A DNA stretch of 35,383 bases from Patellaria atrata CBS 101060 (taxonomy: Eukaryota). Both the position numbers and the translations under genes were made by a program. This document shows, one piece after another, positions 13,744 through 27,318 of the stretch (the first letter of the stretch is position 1; every line of letters starts with the position of its first letter). The stretch lies in assembly GCA_010093705.1 (NCBI GenBank), contig MU006116.1:1-35383 (forward strand), written 5' to 3'. The notes beneath the pieces were generated by a model that searched no databases, was not told the DNA's origin, and saw only the letters and a list, made by a program, of their open reading frames with translations.

Positions 13744-16700
13744 CTATTTTCCCTCTTTTTAACTTTTATTTTAAAAGTTTATTTCTTTTACTTAAATATA
13801 TAATAAATATATTATCTATTTATTAAATTATATATATCTTTTTTTTCTTTTTTTTAAGATATTAAAAGTTAAACCTTATTTAATTTATTATTATTATTAT
13901 TATATTATTTATATTACTTTATATAATTATTTTATATTAATTTTCTATTTTATTTATTATTATTTTTCTTATTTTTATATTATCGATATTCTCTTTAGTT
14001 TCTATTCTAAGTATCTCGTTTATAATTTAAAATATAATCTTATAATAATATAAAAGAATTAAAATAAATTTAATATTTTAAAAGTTTAAACTTATTCTAA
14101 ATTAATTATTATTAAAAATAATAAAGAATTTATTTTTAGTTATAAAAAATAAATTTATACTTAAATAAATACTTAAATAAAAGTCGTTTATACTTATATT
14201 TACTATTTTCGTAAATAACTTTATTCTTTTAAAGAGAAAAAGTTTAAGATATTTTATTATAAGTTTAGTTTTATCGAGGAACTTAAGATTTTAAAGTAAA
14301 TAGTTAAAGAATAATAAATTTTCTTAATTATTTCTTTTTTCTTTATTATTATATCTTTTTCTAGTTAATTTAATTTAAATTTCTCGATATTTAAAAGTTT
14401 AGAATTCTCTAATTTTAATAATAAAACTATTTAAGTTTCTAATTATAATTTATTAAATATTTAAATAGTTTTTATATATTATTTATATATTTATAATTTT
14501 TCTATTTTATTAAATATTTATATTAACTATTTATTTATTATAAATTTAAGATTTATTTTATTTTATAAATATCTTTTTTTTTAAGTTTTATAAGTTATAT
14601 TTAAAGTTTAATATTAATATATATTAGTTTTAAAAATAATATATAGAAAACTAAATATATCTTTATTTCTTATAATAATTTTAATTTATAATTAACTTTT
14701 CTTTTAACTTATTTAATTTTAAAAAGGTCGATTTTCTTATAATTTAATTTCTTATTAAGTTATTTTATTTTAAGATTTTTCTATAATAAATAAACTTTAT
14801 CCCTTTTTTTAAAGATTAGTTTTAACGATTTATATTAATTACTATATTTTATAGTTCTTATTATTTAGAAAGTTATATCTTATAATAATTATATATATAG
14901 TTTTTTAATTTACTTAACTTTTAATATTATTTCTTATAAAATACTTTAAACTATTTTAGATTTATAATATACTTTTAATTTAAAATTATAGTTTATATAA
15001 AAGAGTAAAATCTTTATAATATTAGATTTTACGTTATTATATATAAATTATATTATTAATAATAATTTTATTTAATTATTCTATTAATAATTTATATAAT
15101 TATATAAATATTACTTTAAAGATTAATTTATTCTTTTAATTTAACTATTTATTTATAGATAAAAGTTTATTAATAACTTATAATTTATCTTTAAACTTTA
15201 TATTAAAGTTTATTAAAATATTAATTTAAATAGTTTATCTTTATTTAAGATAATTTCTCTCGATATTTAATAATTTATTAATATTATTTTTATTATTAAT
15301 ATTACTATTTATAGTATTATTATTATCGTCTTTATTAATATAAAATAGATAAACTTTATTAATTATTCTATAATAATTAATATTATATTATATTTTACTT
15401 TTATTATTAAGTCTTTAAATTTTAATAAATTTATAATAAAATATATTATTATTAAATTTTATATTTATTTTAATAGTTTAATATATTATATTTATTTATA
15501 AAGTATATATTTTATACTCTTATTTCGTATATAATTATTATATTTTAAGATAATTTATTTTACTATATTTTTTATTTCTAAAAAATAATAATTTCTTAAA
15601 ATTCTTTTTAAAATTTTATTAATACTTTAATAATTATATATTAGTGCTTTATAAATCTCTTTAATAAGAGTCTTTTATAATATTATTAATATATATATAA
15701 ATCTATTATATAACTATATTTCTTAAATTATTTATATTATTTTAAGATTATTATTCTTTTAAAACTTCTTTATTATATTATTTTTTTAATAGATATTACG
15801 AATTTATTATTCTTTTATAAATTTAATTATTAATATTATAATTAATTTTAATTAATTATAGATAATCGTGTTATTTTCTTTCTTTAATATTATATTATAT
15901 ACTAATTTTATTTCTTTTAAATAATTAAATCTTTTATTTATAATATTAATTAATTTATTTTTAATTTCTAGTTTATAAAATATTTTAAAATTAAAGAATA
16001 TAAATATTTTTATTTATTTTATTTATCTTTAATTTAACTTCTTTATTATAAGAAAGTTTATTAGATTTTAATAATTTAATTAAACTTTTATAAAATATTT
16101 AGATTCTTTAAAATATAATCTCTATTATTTAAATATATTAATAATTATTAATAACTCTTTATTATATATATTATAGTTTAACTCTATAATTATAAACTTT
16201 TATAAATAAAAGATTATTAAATATAGTTATTTTTTCTTATCTAATTAACTTATATATATATTTAATATATAATTAGATATATTAATTTCTAATATTATTA
16301 ATTTCTTTAAATTAAATATAATTAAAATAAATATTATAATAAATTTCTTCTTAAATTTATTAAATATTTTTTATATTTTCTTTATTTAAATAAAGATATT
16401 TTCCTTTTTTATTAATTTTAATAATAGCGTTATTATCTTTAAATACTCTTAAATAAACTTTTTATAATAGTTTATAAAATTAAAAATAATTATATATTTT
16501 TTATATTTTTTAATATTAGTTAATCTTTAATTATAGCTATTTTCTTTAAATTTATTTATATATCTTTAATAGTAATAATAAAGTTTAGAAATTCTATTTT
16601 TTTAATATAAAATTTATATTTATCTAAATATATTAAAAGTCTCTTTTCTTATAATTTTATTAATATTTTCTTTATATACTCTTTATACTTTTTAAATATT

Positions 16701-19152
16701 CTATTTATATATACTAATATATTATCTAGATAAGTAATTATAAATATATTTAAATATTCTTTTAATATATAATTAATTATTACTTAAAATATTATTAAAA
16801 TATTAATTAAATTAAATAATATTATTATATATTTATATAATCTAAATTTTATTTTTATAATTATCTTTTATTTTTTATCTTCTTTTATTTTAATCTAATA
16901 GTAACTATTTTAAATATTAAATTTTATAAACTATTTTATTTTTTATAACTTATCTTAAATTTTTAAAATTAAAAGTAATAAATATTTATTTTTAATTATA
17001 ATATTATTTAATTATTTATAATTAATATATAATCTTAATTTACTATTTTTCTTTAATATAAATAAAATTAATAAAACTATTAAACTTTTATTAAGTTATA
17101 TATATATTTTTTTAAGTTAATATAAATATATTTTTTAAATATTTTATATTATTCTTTTATTAATAAATAAATTAAATTAAATTATAATTTTATATTCTTT
17201 TTTAATATTATTTTATAATTTTATATCTAATAATATAAAAGTATAATTATTATATCTTCCTTAAATATATCTTTAAACTCGTTATATTTTTTAAGTATTT
17301 TAGATTTTTTAGAAATTTTCTTTATATTTACTTTTTTAAGCTATATTATTTTTATACTTTTAAGTTTATTTTTATAGATTTTCATTATTTTATAATATAA
17401 AATATATTTTATAAATATATTAATATTTATTTACTTAATATATTTTATTTATTTAACTTTATTCTTTTATAAAGTGTTTTAATTAATTTAAATACTTTTT
17501 ATCTTCTAATTAATATCTAAATTTATTATTTATAATTAATTTATTCTTAAAATTATATTTATATCTTTTAAATTAATTATAAAAATATATTAAATAATTA
17601 TCTTCTCTTATATATTAACTTTTATTAATATAATTTTAAAGTTAATTAAATTTTATCTATATTTTATTTCTTTATTATTTTCTAATTATAACGGAATTAA
17701 ATTTTTAAATTTTATATAAAATATACTTTTCTTCTTTATCTATTAAGATAAGATAAATAAATTAATAATATTATTATTAATTAATATTATTATTCTTTTA
17801 TTATATATAATAATATTTATTTAAAATATTTTATTATATATAATAATATTTATTTAAAATATTTTATTATTATTTTATAAAGTTTTAAGAAACTTAAAAA
17901 CTATATTTCTCGATTATTTCTATTTTAAGTAACTTAATAGTTTTTTATATAATTATATATTAGATAATTAGATTTTATATATATAGTTTAATATAATTTA
18001 TTATATTAATTATAGTATAAATTTTTATAATATTCTTTATATTTTAATTTTTAATATTCTTATTTAATAATTATATTATAATTTAAATAACTTTTAATTT
18101 CTACTTTTTATCTTTATATAGTATAGTAATTATACTATATTCCTTTAATTATATATTATTTAAAGTCTATTATATTATATTTAATAGTTTATTTAATAGT
18201 CTTTTTATTATTTCTAAATACTTTTATTTTCTATAAAAACACTTTTATTTTATAGAATTTTTCCTTTAATTCTCTATAATATTAATAATTTATACTATAT
18301 TTATAATCTTTTTATATTATTATTATATATTTTTCATAAATTAATATTTAGTAATATTATTTATATTTAAGTTTATCTATATAATTAAAACTATTATATT
18401 TTCTATAATTATTTATTAATAATTTAAATTTTTAGTTTTTTTTAAATATTTTTATTTTATTTTTATTTATTTTTTACTCTTTTATTTCGTATTTATTTTT
18501 AAATAAATATATATAAATAAAGTCTTAATTTTTAAACTTTATTATAATCTTTTACTATTTATAATATAAATAGTTATCCTCTTTATATTATATTTATTAA
18601 AAGATTAAATAATCTTTTACTTTTAATATAAAATTTAATTATTATTTTTCGATAATTATATTAATATTAAATTTAGATTTAATTAACTTTTAATTTTAAA
18701 ATTCTTATTTAAACTAATATTATTATTCTATAATTTAATATATAAGATTTAATCTATTAAATATTTATTCTTTAATTCTTTAATTTTAATTTTATATTAA
18801 ATATTCTAATATTATATATATATATATATTTTTATTTATTTAATATTATTAATAGTTTAAATATTATTAAAATATCTTCTTTTTTAGCTAATTTTCTATT
18901 ATTAAAAATAATATTAATAGTTTATTTATCTTTATTTAATAAGATAATAATATTTCTTTAATCTTTTTCTCTTTTAATAATAAAACTAATAATAATAATA
19001 TTAAATATATAACTTTAAATTATATATATTAATTATATTATAAGAATAATTATATCTTTTATAAATAATTTTTCTTAAAATATCTTATTTCTTTATATTA
19101 TAAATATATTTTATTTATAAAATATTCTTTTTCTTTTTAAATAAACTATTAT

Positions 19153-19424
19153 TATAATAATATAATATAGCTATAATAATTATATTTTAATTATCTTTAT
19201 TATTAACTATTAAATATAAAGATTAAATTAAGAAATAATAATATTATAAATTAAATATTTATATATAATAATTTTATCTTATTAAATTTTAATTTAATTA
19301 TCTTTTATTTAATTAATTAATATTTAAATATCTTTTTTATATTTAATTTAATAAAGATCTTTTATAAATAAACTAAACACTAAATATAGAAAATATAGAA
19401 TTAATATTATAATATATTATTATA
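19153..19424 (-). repeat. B2 3' LTR
   Basis: Reverse complement of 27047-27318; adjacent to the PPT. Confidence 0.92.
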
Positions 19425-20582
19425 TTATCTCTTCTTTAATAGTAGAAATTAGCCTTAATTTTTATAGTAATATTAATAGTATTTTATAACGCGATTTATT
19501 ATTTATTTATAATATCTTAAAATTTATATAAACCTCTTCTTTTTAGCTATATTATTATTATTATATAACTTTATTTCTATTTTAAATTTAAAGATTTAGA
19601 GCTATTCTTTAAATTAAACTAATAATTTAATATTAGTTAATCTTTTATTATAGAATTTTTTAAATTTATATAATATTTCGATAAAATTATAAGCTAAATA
19701 TTATATCTTATTAAGATTATATTTAATTTAACTTACTTTATACTATAATTTACCGCGAAAGATATAATTTATTAAGATTTTATCTACTTTATATTTAAGC
19801 TTATTATCTATTTTAATCGGCGGTAATAATTCTAATAATTATTTAGATAATAGATCTATTAATACTTTATAAAGTTTATTTATATAAAATATATTCGATA
19901 TCTTTATATTAATAAATAAATTAATTATATAAAAATATCTTTTTATTTTTATTATTTTATATAAACTTATACTTTAATAATCTAATTTAATATTTAGTCT
20001 ATTTAATATTTAGTCTTTATATAAAATAAAAATATAGTCTTTTAATTTAAAATCTAATTCTCTTTAATACTTATTAATTAACTTTATTTATATTATCTAT
20101 ATTTTTTCTAAATTATTTCTCGCTTATTTAATAGCGTTATAAGTGTATTTAGCGAATAATTAAATTTTCTCTTTATTTATTTTTTCTTAAATTATCTTAT
20201 ATATATCGAGATTTATCCACTTTTATTAATCGAAATATATTTATAATTAATAACTAAATTCTAATTTATAAGAAAAAATATCTATTAATTTATAAATTAA
20301 TATAATTTAAATAAAGTTTATTATAAATAATAATTTTAATTAATTACTTTAATAATAATTTATAAAAGATTAAAGTTATAAATTTATATATTAATTAATA
20401 ATTTTTATATCTTTATTTATCTATAAATAATAAATTATAAATAACTTTTATTTTATTTTTATTAATTTATAAAGTTTATTTATAAATATAAAAATAAACT
20501 ATAAATTATAATTTAATATTATTATTTTTAATATATTATATATCTATTATATATATTTATAGTATAGCTTTATAGCTACTTT

Positions 20583-20854
20583 TATAATAATATATTACGA
20601 TATTAATTCTATATTTTCTATATTAAATATTTAGTTTATTTATAAGAGATCTTTATTAAATTAAACGCGAAAAAGATTTTTAAACGTTAATTAATTAAAT
20701 AAAAAATAGTTAAATTAAAACTTAGTAAAACGGGATTATTATATATAGATATTCGATTTATAATATTATTATTTCTTAATTTAATCTTTATACTTAATAG
20801 TTAATAATAAAGATAATTAAAATATAATTATTATAACTATATTATATTATTATA
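20583..20854 (+). repeat. B1 5' LTR
   Basis: Direct repeat of 27047-27318, differing mainly by C/T and G/A transitions. Confidence 0.95.
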
Positions 20855-20989
20855 TTAAATTAAGTTTATCTTTAATAGTCTCTAAAAAGGTAATATAATA
20901 TTTTAACTAAAGTATAATATTAGTTTAGTTAATAAATAATTATTAAACTAATTAGAAATTTATAAATAACTAAACTTTATTAATAATAA

Positions 20990-22569
20990 GATATTTAATA
21001 CCTAAAAGTATTAACGCTAATAATAATAATAATTTAGTATTTAAAAGAGATTAAAACTAATAAATATAAATTATTTAAAGAAATAAATATTATAATAAAT
21101 TAAATAAAATAGTTAAATCTTTAATAACCTTAATAAAATAAATAGATAATAAGTTAACTATAAATTTAGAAGTAGAGAGTAATACTAAATTAAAAGAAAA
21201 AAGAAAAATATATTAATATAAATTAATATTAGAAGTAATTAACTAATAAATTATTAATAATATTTTAAAAATAAATTTATAAAATCTATTAAAAGAAATT
21301 CCTAGAATAATAAAAGAAAAAAAGCCTTTTAGATATACTATTATTATAAATAATTAAAACGTCGATATAATCGATAAAACGAAGAAATAAATAGCTAAAA
21401 ACCTAGATTAGTTTATAATAAAGTATCTTTATATAAGAGTGAAGTTTATAGTTTAAAAGATATAATTTAGAAAGATAATAAATCTTATTAATAAAATAAT
21501 ACCTAACTTATAGCTAAAGCTATAAATATATTAAGTAAATAAAGAAGTTATAAAATACCTTTAAAATAAGATTAATAACTTAAAAAAATAAATTAAATAG
21601 TTTAAACTAGATTAAAGAAGTATTTAATTTAATAATAAATCTAATAATAAAAAACTATTAATATTATATAGTTATAATAATCGAGTTAAAATAGTTAACT
21701 TAATTAGAAACTTTAAATATAAGGATAATAATAAAATAAAGAAGTTTTCTAATCTATTAAAATTAATTAATAGTAAAAAGTTAACTTATAAGAAGTAAAA
21801 AAGTAAAATAAATAATAAATTCTATATTAATAATAATTAATTTTAAGATAAAAAAATAAAAACTATTTATATTAAGATATAAATTAATAGCGAGATAACT
21901 AAATATATATACTTTTTCTTAAAATTAGAGAAAAACGATATAATTTTAATAAAGTTAATAAGATTTCTAGACTAAATTTATAAGAACTTAAATAGACGAT
22001 TAAAAGTTAAAAATAAACTAAAGAAGTTAAGATAAAGCTATTTAATAAATTTTCTAAAGTTTTAATCTACGTTTATCCGGCTAGCTAATAAAATTAGGTT
22101 ATTACGCGACTAGTGAAAAGAGAAACTTCACGATAAACTTTATAATAATTTAAGACTAATAATAATAAAAGCTATAGATAATAATAAAATTAGCTTTTAG
22201 AAATACTATAATAAAGCTATAATATAGATATAAAAGTTAAAAAGGTTAAATAAAGCTAATAAAATCTATAAAAAGAGTTAAAAATATAATAAATTAATTA
22301 AAATAACTTCTATTTTAATAATAATAAATAGAATTTTATATTAATTAAGAAGTAAAGAAATTATTTTATCTATAATATTATAAGTAATAGAGTAGATTAT
22401 AATTATTCGAAAGTTTACGGGTAACTACTTTAATTATAGTAAGGCTAAATATAGAGCGTTAAAATACTAGGGACTAAAGAAGATAACTAAAATAAAGTTA
22501 GTCTAAAAAGATAAATATTAAAACTTAAAGTCTAATTTAGAGTTAAATTTAGAAAATAAGAAACCTTAA
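20990..22569 (+). pseudogene. gag: B1 gag pseudogene
   Basis: YFNYSKAKYRALKY at 22426-22467 (=CFNCGKAGHRASEC knuckle). The same frame ends LENKKP* at 22549-22569. Start approximate. Confidence 0.75.
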
Positions 22570-25500
22570 ATAAAGACTTTATATTAGAGTTAATAGTAGG
22601 AGTATTAATAATACTAATTAATAATCTAATATTAGAAAAGCTATTTATAATACTATATTAAATCTTAAAGAATAGAATTATAATATAGCTTAGAGCTCTA
22701 ATTAATATTAAAGCTTAAGAATATACTTTACTAAATAAAAGATAGCTATCCGCTTTAAAATAATATCTTAGAATTAAAGTTAGAAAGATAAACTAAGAGA
22801 TTAAAGTTAATATCTTTAATAATTTAAAGATAATATTAATTAACTAAATACTTAAGGTAAGCTTTATAATTAAAGGATAAAGATAATTAATATCGATTAT
22901 AATAATAGATATAAGCTATAATAATATACTTATAAATAAGAAGTAGTTTTTTAAGACTAATAATTTATCTAATTATAAATATTATCGAATTATTTAGCCG
23001 GAATAGACTACTATAGTTAAAGACTAATAACGAGATATCGTGATTCTAAAAAATAAGCTATAAACCTAAATTAATTTATAGTATTAATTCGATATAAAAT
23101 AATAAAATAAAGTTATCGATAAATAAAAATATAATTAATAGAAAGTATTAGTTAATTAAAGAAGAAAACTATAATTATTTTAATAGAAATAATTAAGTTT
23201 ATAGATTAAGAATATTAGCTCCGATCTCTAAAAGATAAAATTAGAACTATTAGATTTAATAGAAAGGAAAACGTTAAAACTCTTTAAAAAGTTAAAGCTA
23301 AAGTTAAGTAAATAAGTTAATATTACCGGAATCTATATAAATATCTACTTAGTTAATAAAGAAAACTATTTAAAAAATATAAAGCGTAAAGATATTATTA
23401 TAAATACTATAAATCTATATAAAATTAACTTCTTAATATAAAATCGACTCTTAGAAGACGAAAACCCTTTAAATAAAAATAAAGATATTTATAGAGCGAT
23501 AATCTATAAAAAGTTATTTAAGAAATACTATTACTTAACTTATATATTCTCGAAATCTATATCCGATAAGTTACCACCGCTTAAAGAAAGCGTAGACTAT
23601 AATATAATATTAGATTAAGATAATAATTTTACTATTAATCTCTTATATAATATATCTATTAAACACTTATAGTTAATAAAGAACTATTTAAAAAAATATC
23701 TTTAAAAGAGGTTTATTATTCTAAGCGAGATATTATACGCGTCTTTAATATTATTCGTTAAGAAGTTAAGGGGAGATTAGAGATTCTATATTAACTATAA
23801 AAAGTTAAATAGTATTACTAAGAAAGATAAATATCTATTATCTTTAATCGAAGAAATATTAGCGTGTCTTCGATAAATAAAGATATCTACGAAACTCGAT
23901 ATAAGATAAATATTCTATCGAATTTAAATAAAGAAGTTAGCTAAAGATCTTATTATCTTTTAAATAAAATATAGATTATTTAAGTATAAGATATTACTTT
24001 TTAAATTATATAATAGTTTAGTCTTATTTTAATAGTTTATTAATAAGACGTTTTTTTAATATCTAAATAACTTTTATATAATATATATTAACGATATATT
24101 AATCTACTCTAAGTATTTACTAAAGTATTAAATCTATATCGCGAAAGTGCTAGAAGTATTAACTAAAGCCGGCTTATAAGTTAATATTAAGAAAAGCGAG
24201 TTCTATATAATAAAAATAAAATTCTTTAACTTTATTATTAGTATTAACGAAATAGCGATAAATTTAGAAAAGACTAAAATAATCTAAAATTAAAAGTTAC
24301 TAATAAATATAAAGAAAATCTTATTATTTAATAGATTTTATAACTTCTATTAGAAGTTCTTAGAATAATTTAGATAAGTTATATAACTATTAACGATATA
24401 GATATAAAAAAGAGTTTAGAAACTATTTAAATAGAAAGAAAAAGAAGTATTTAAAAAAGTAAAAAAGCTAATTCTATTAAATTAAATATTAATATATTAT
24501 AACTCTTTATTTAAGATAAAAGTTAAATCTAATTATAATAATAGAGTTACTATAATAATTATATTATAACTTTATAGATATATCTAAAGGCTAGTTACTT
24601 TCTAGACTAAGACGTTATTAGAGATAGAACTAAGGTATAAAATCTATAATAAGGAAATACTAGCTATAATAAGAGTATTAGCTAAGTAGAAAAGTATATT
24701 AATAAAATTATAATAAGTTTCTTTTATTATAATTACTAATTATAGAGTATTAGAATACTTTATTATAAAATAATTACTTAATATTAAATAAGTTTAATAA
24801 AGTGAAGCTCTCTCTAATTTTTATTTCCGAATTATATATTAGCCTAAAGCTTAAAACGTCGTAATAAACACGTTTTTCTATAAATAAGAAGACCTAAAGA
24901 TAATAAAAAATAAAGATATTATAATATAGATCTAAATATTAATTAATCTAAATATAATAATAGTATCTTTTTAGCTCTTAATAAAATAATAATTACTATC
25001 TAAGAAAATATCTTAAAGTAATAAAAAATATATAATCTTTAAAAAAAAAAGGCGGTAGAAAAGTATATTTTAAAGTTAAGGCTTAGGACCCGGATGGCGA
25101 TAGTCGAGGTGGCGATAGCCGAACTTTTATAGGAGATAAAGGGAGCTAAAGTTTAGAATTAAGAGTTTATAATAACTAAAACCTTAAAAGAAAGAAATAA
25201 TATATTAAAGAAATATATTAATCTTAATCTTAAATTAAAGTCTACGCCTATCTACTCTATAATTTCCACTATAACTAAAAAAGAAAAGGAAGTTAGATAT
25301 AAGATAAAAGAAAGGGAAGATATATTTATAAATTTAAAGTAATATATTTAAAATAAACCTAATCGAAAATAAGAGCCGTTAGTAATATACTTATTAATAG
25401 ATCGAATATTAGAAGTAAACTAGAAGTATAACTCTCTATTAATATATCGAAAGTAAGTTAAAGCTAAAAAGAAATACTAGAAACTATAAAATAGTCTATT

Positions 25501-26975
25501 TATTAGATTTAATAAACTTATAGTTCTAAACGTAGATAATCTTAAAACGTATCTAATATAAGATATATATAACGTACTAGTTATAGAATATTTAGGAATT
25601 AAGAAGATAAAAAAACTAATTTAAATATAATATTACTAGCCTAAATTAGTAGCTAATATAGATAGATATATTTAGAACTATTATATCTATCGTCGAATGT
25701 ATATACTAAGAGATAAAACCCTCGATTTACTAAAATCACTATTAATTAGAGATAAATATTAGTAATATATTATCTTTAACTTTAAATTATTCCCTAAGAA
25801 TACACACGGATTCGAAATAGCGTTTATAATAGTAGATCGATTAGAAAAGAGAGCGATCTCACTTTCTTATATTAAAGATATCTCGATTAAGGTAGCTATA
25901 AAGCTATATTATAAATATATATAATAAATATACGGTATATCAGAGATAGCGATATTAGACTATAGTCTATAGTTTATTTCTATATTTATAGATAAGCTTT
26001 ATAAACTAACGAAAATAAAATAGAAACTATTTATAATTTACCACTCGTAGATAAATAGAGATATAAAGATTATTAACTAATATATAAATTTATAGCTCCG
26101 GCCCTTTATAAATTATTATTAAAGTAATTAGTTAGAGTTATTATTTATAATAGATTTTACCTAGATTATATTAATTTATAAATTAACGGGTATTTCCCCT
26201 TATAAGTTAAAATTTAGTTATTAACCACGAATATATTTTAATTAATAAAAGCGGATAGATCTCGACGTATATAAAATAGTTCGAAAAAAGATAAGTAAAG
26301 AGGAAGCTTAACTATTCACGAAATACACTTATAACGCCGTTAAATAGGCGAGGAATAACCTAGAAAAGATATAGATAATATAGATAAAATTAATTAATAA
26401 GTATTAGAGAGAACTAAATTTCGGATTAAAAGACTATATCTTTATCTTATATAAAGATTAAATATTAAATAGGTTAAATATTAAATTAGACTATTAGAAC
26501 GTAAGTCTATATAAAATAATAGAAATAAAAAGGCACTTTTATATAATCGACTTATCTATTAATATAAAGATATCGAATATATTCTATATAAATAGGCTTC
26601 GTAAAGCACTAATAAACCCGTTACTTAAATAATAATTAGAATTATTACCGTCGATTGAAATAGACGATAAGCCTAAATATAAAATAGATAAAATCTTAGT
26701 AAGCCGTATCTTTTATAGTAAATTATAGTATAAAGTAAGTTAAATTGGATACGACCCTAATAAGATATAGTATCTAGCTCGTAACTTTATCGGAGCACTA
26801 TATAAGCTCGAAGAATTCCACGATTAAAGATTAACTAACGCCGGACTATTAGTCTAATTTAAAGAATAGCTTTAAGCCTTTAAATTTAAGATAGAAATAA
26901 AGCTATATAATAATAATAATATAGCTAAAAAGAAGGGACTTATATAGATTTTAAGATATTATAAATAAATAATAA
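22551..26975 (+). pseudogene. pol: B1 pol pseudogene (protease, RT, RNase H, integrase, chromodomain)
   Basis: RALINIKA at 22692 (=RALIDTGA). LFVKKLRGD*RFYINYKKLN at 23751. YINDILIYS at 24084. RYKIYNKEILAII at 24633. YY*PKL...NYYIYRR at 25631-25697 (HHCC zinc finger). IVDRL at about 25828. YHS*INRDIKIIN at about 26039 (=YHPQTDG.TE.VN). YKIDKILVSR...YKVS*IGYDP...*YLA...LEEFH at 26678-26821 (chromodomain). Confidence 0.93.
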
Positions 26976-27033
26976 ATCGCGTTATAAAACGCTATTAATA
27001 TTATTATAGAAATCGGGGCCGATTTCTACTATT

Positions 27034-27046
27034 AAAAGAGGGATAA
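27034..27046 (+). other. Polypurine tract of B1
   Basis: AAAAGAGGGATAA immediately before the 3' LTR start TATAACG. Confidence 0.85.
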
Positions 27047-27318
27047 TATAACGATATATTATAATATTAATCCCGTATTTTCTATATTAAGTATTTAGTT
27101 TATTTATAAAAGATCTTTATTAGGTTAGACGCGGAAAAGATCTCTAAGCGCTAATTAGTTAAACGAAAGATAGTTAGGCTAAGATTTAGTAAAGCGGGAT
27201 TACTATATATAGATATTCGGCCTATAATATTATTATTTCTTAACTTAATCTCTATATTTAGTACTTAGTAATAAAGATAATTAAAATATAATTATTATAG
27301 CTATACTATATTATTATA
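27047..27318 (+). repeat. B1 3' LTR (least mutated B LTR)
   Basis: Direct repeat of 20583-20854; followed by TSD ACTTT. Confidence 0.95.

Larger units (their letters stand above)
20583..27318 (+). mobile_element. B1: full-length family B Ty3/gypsy chromovirus (6736 bp), innermost layer
   Basis: 272-bp LTRs at 20583-20854 and 27047-27318. TSD ACTTT at 20578-20582 and 27319-27323. PPT AAAAGAGGGATAA at 27034-27046. Complete domain order. Confidence 0.95.

Noticed and set aside
25041..25050. Second programmed frameshift before integrase in family B
   Set aside because: The RNase H to integrase distance is 1028 nt in B1 but 1026 (in frame) in B2; the +2 maps to this A-run, so it is slippage or a sequencing error.
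22551..26975. B1 as an active element
   Set aside because: Many in-frame stops and mutated catalytic motifs (YINDIL) despite intact structure.
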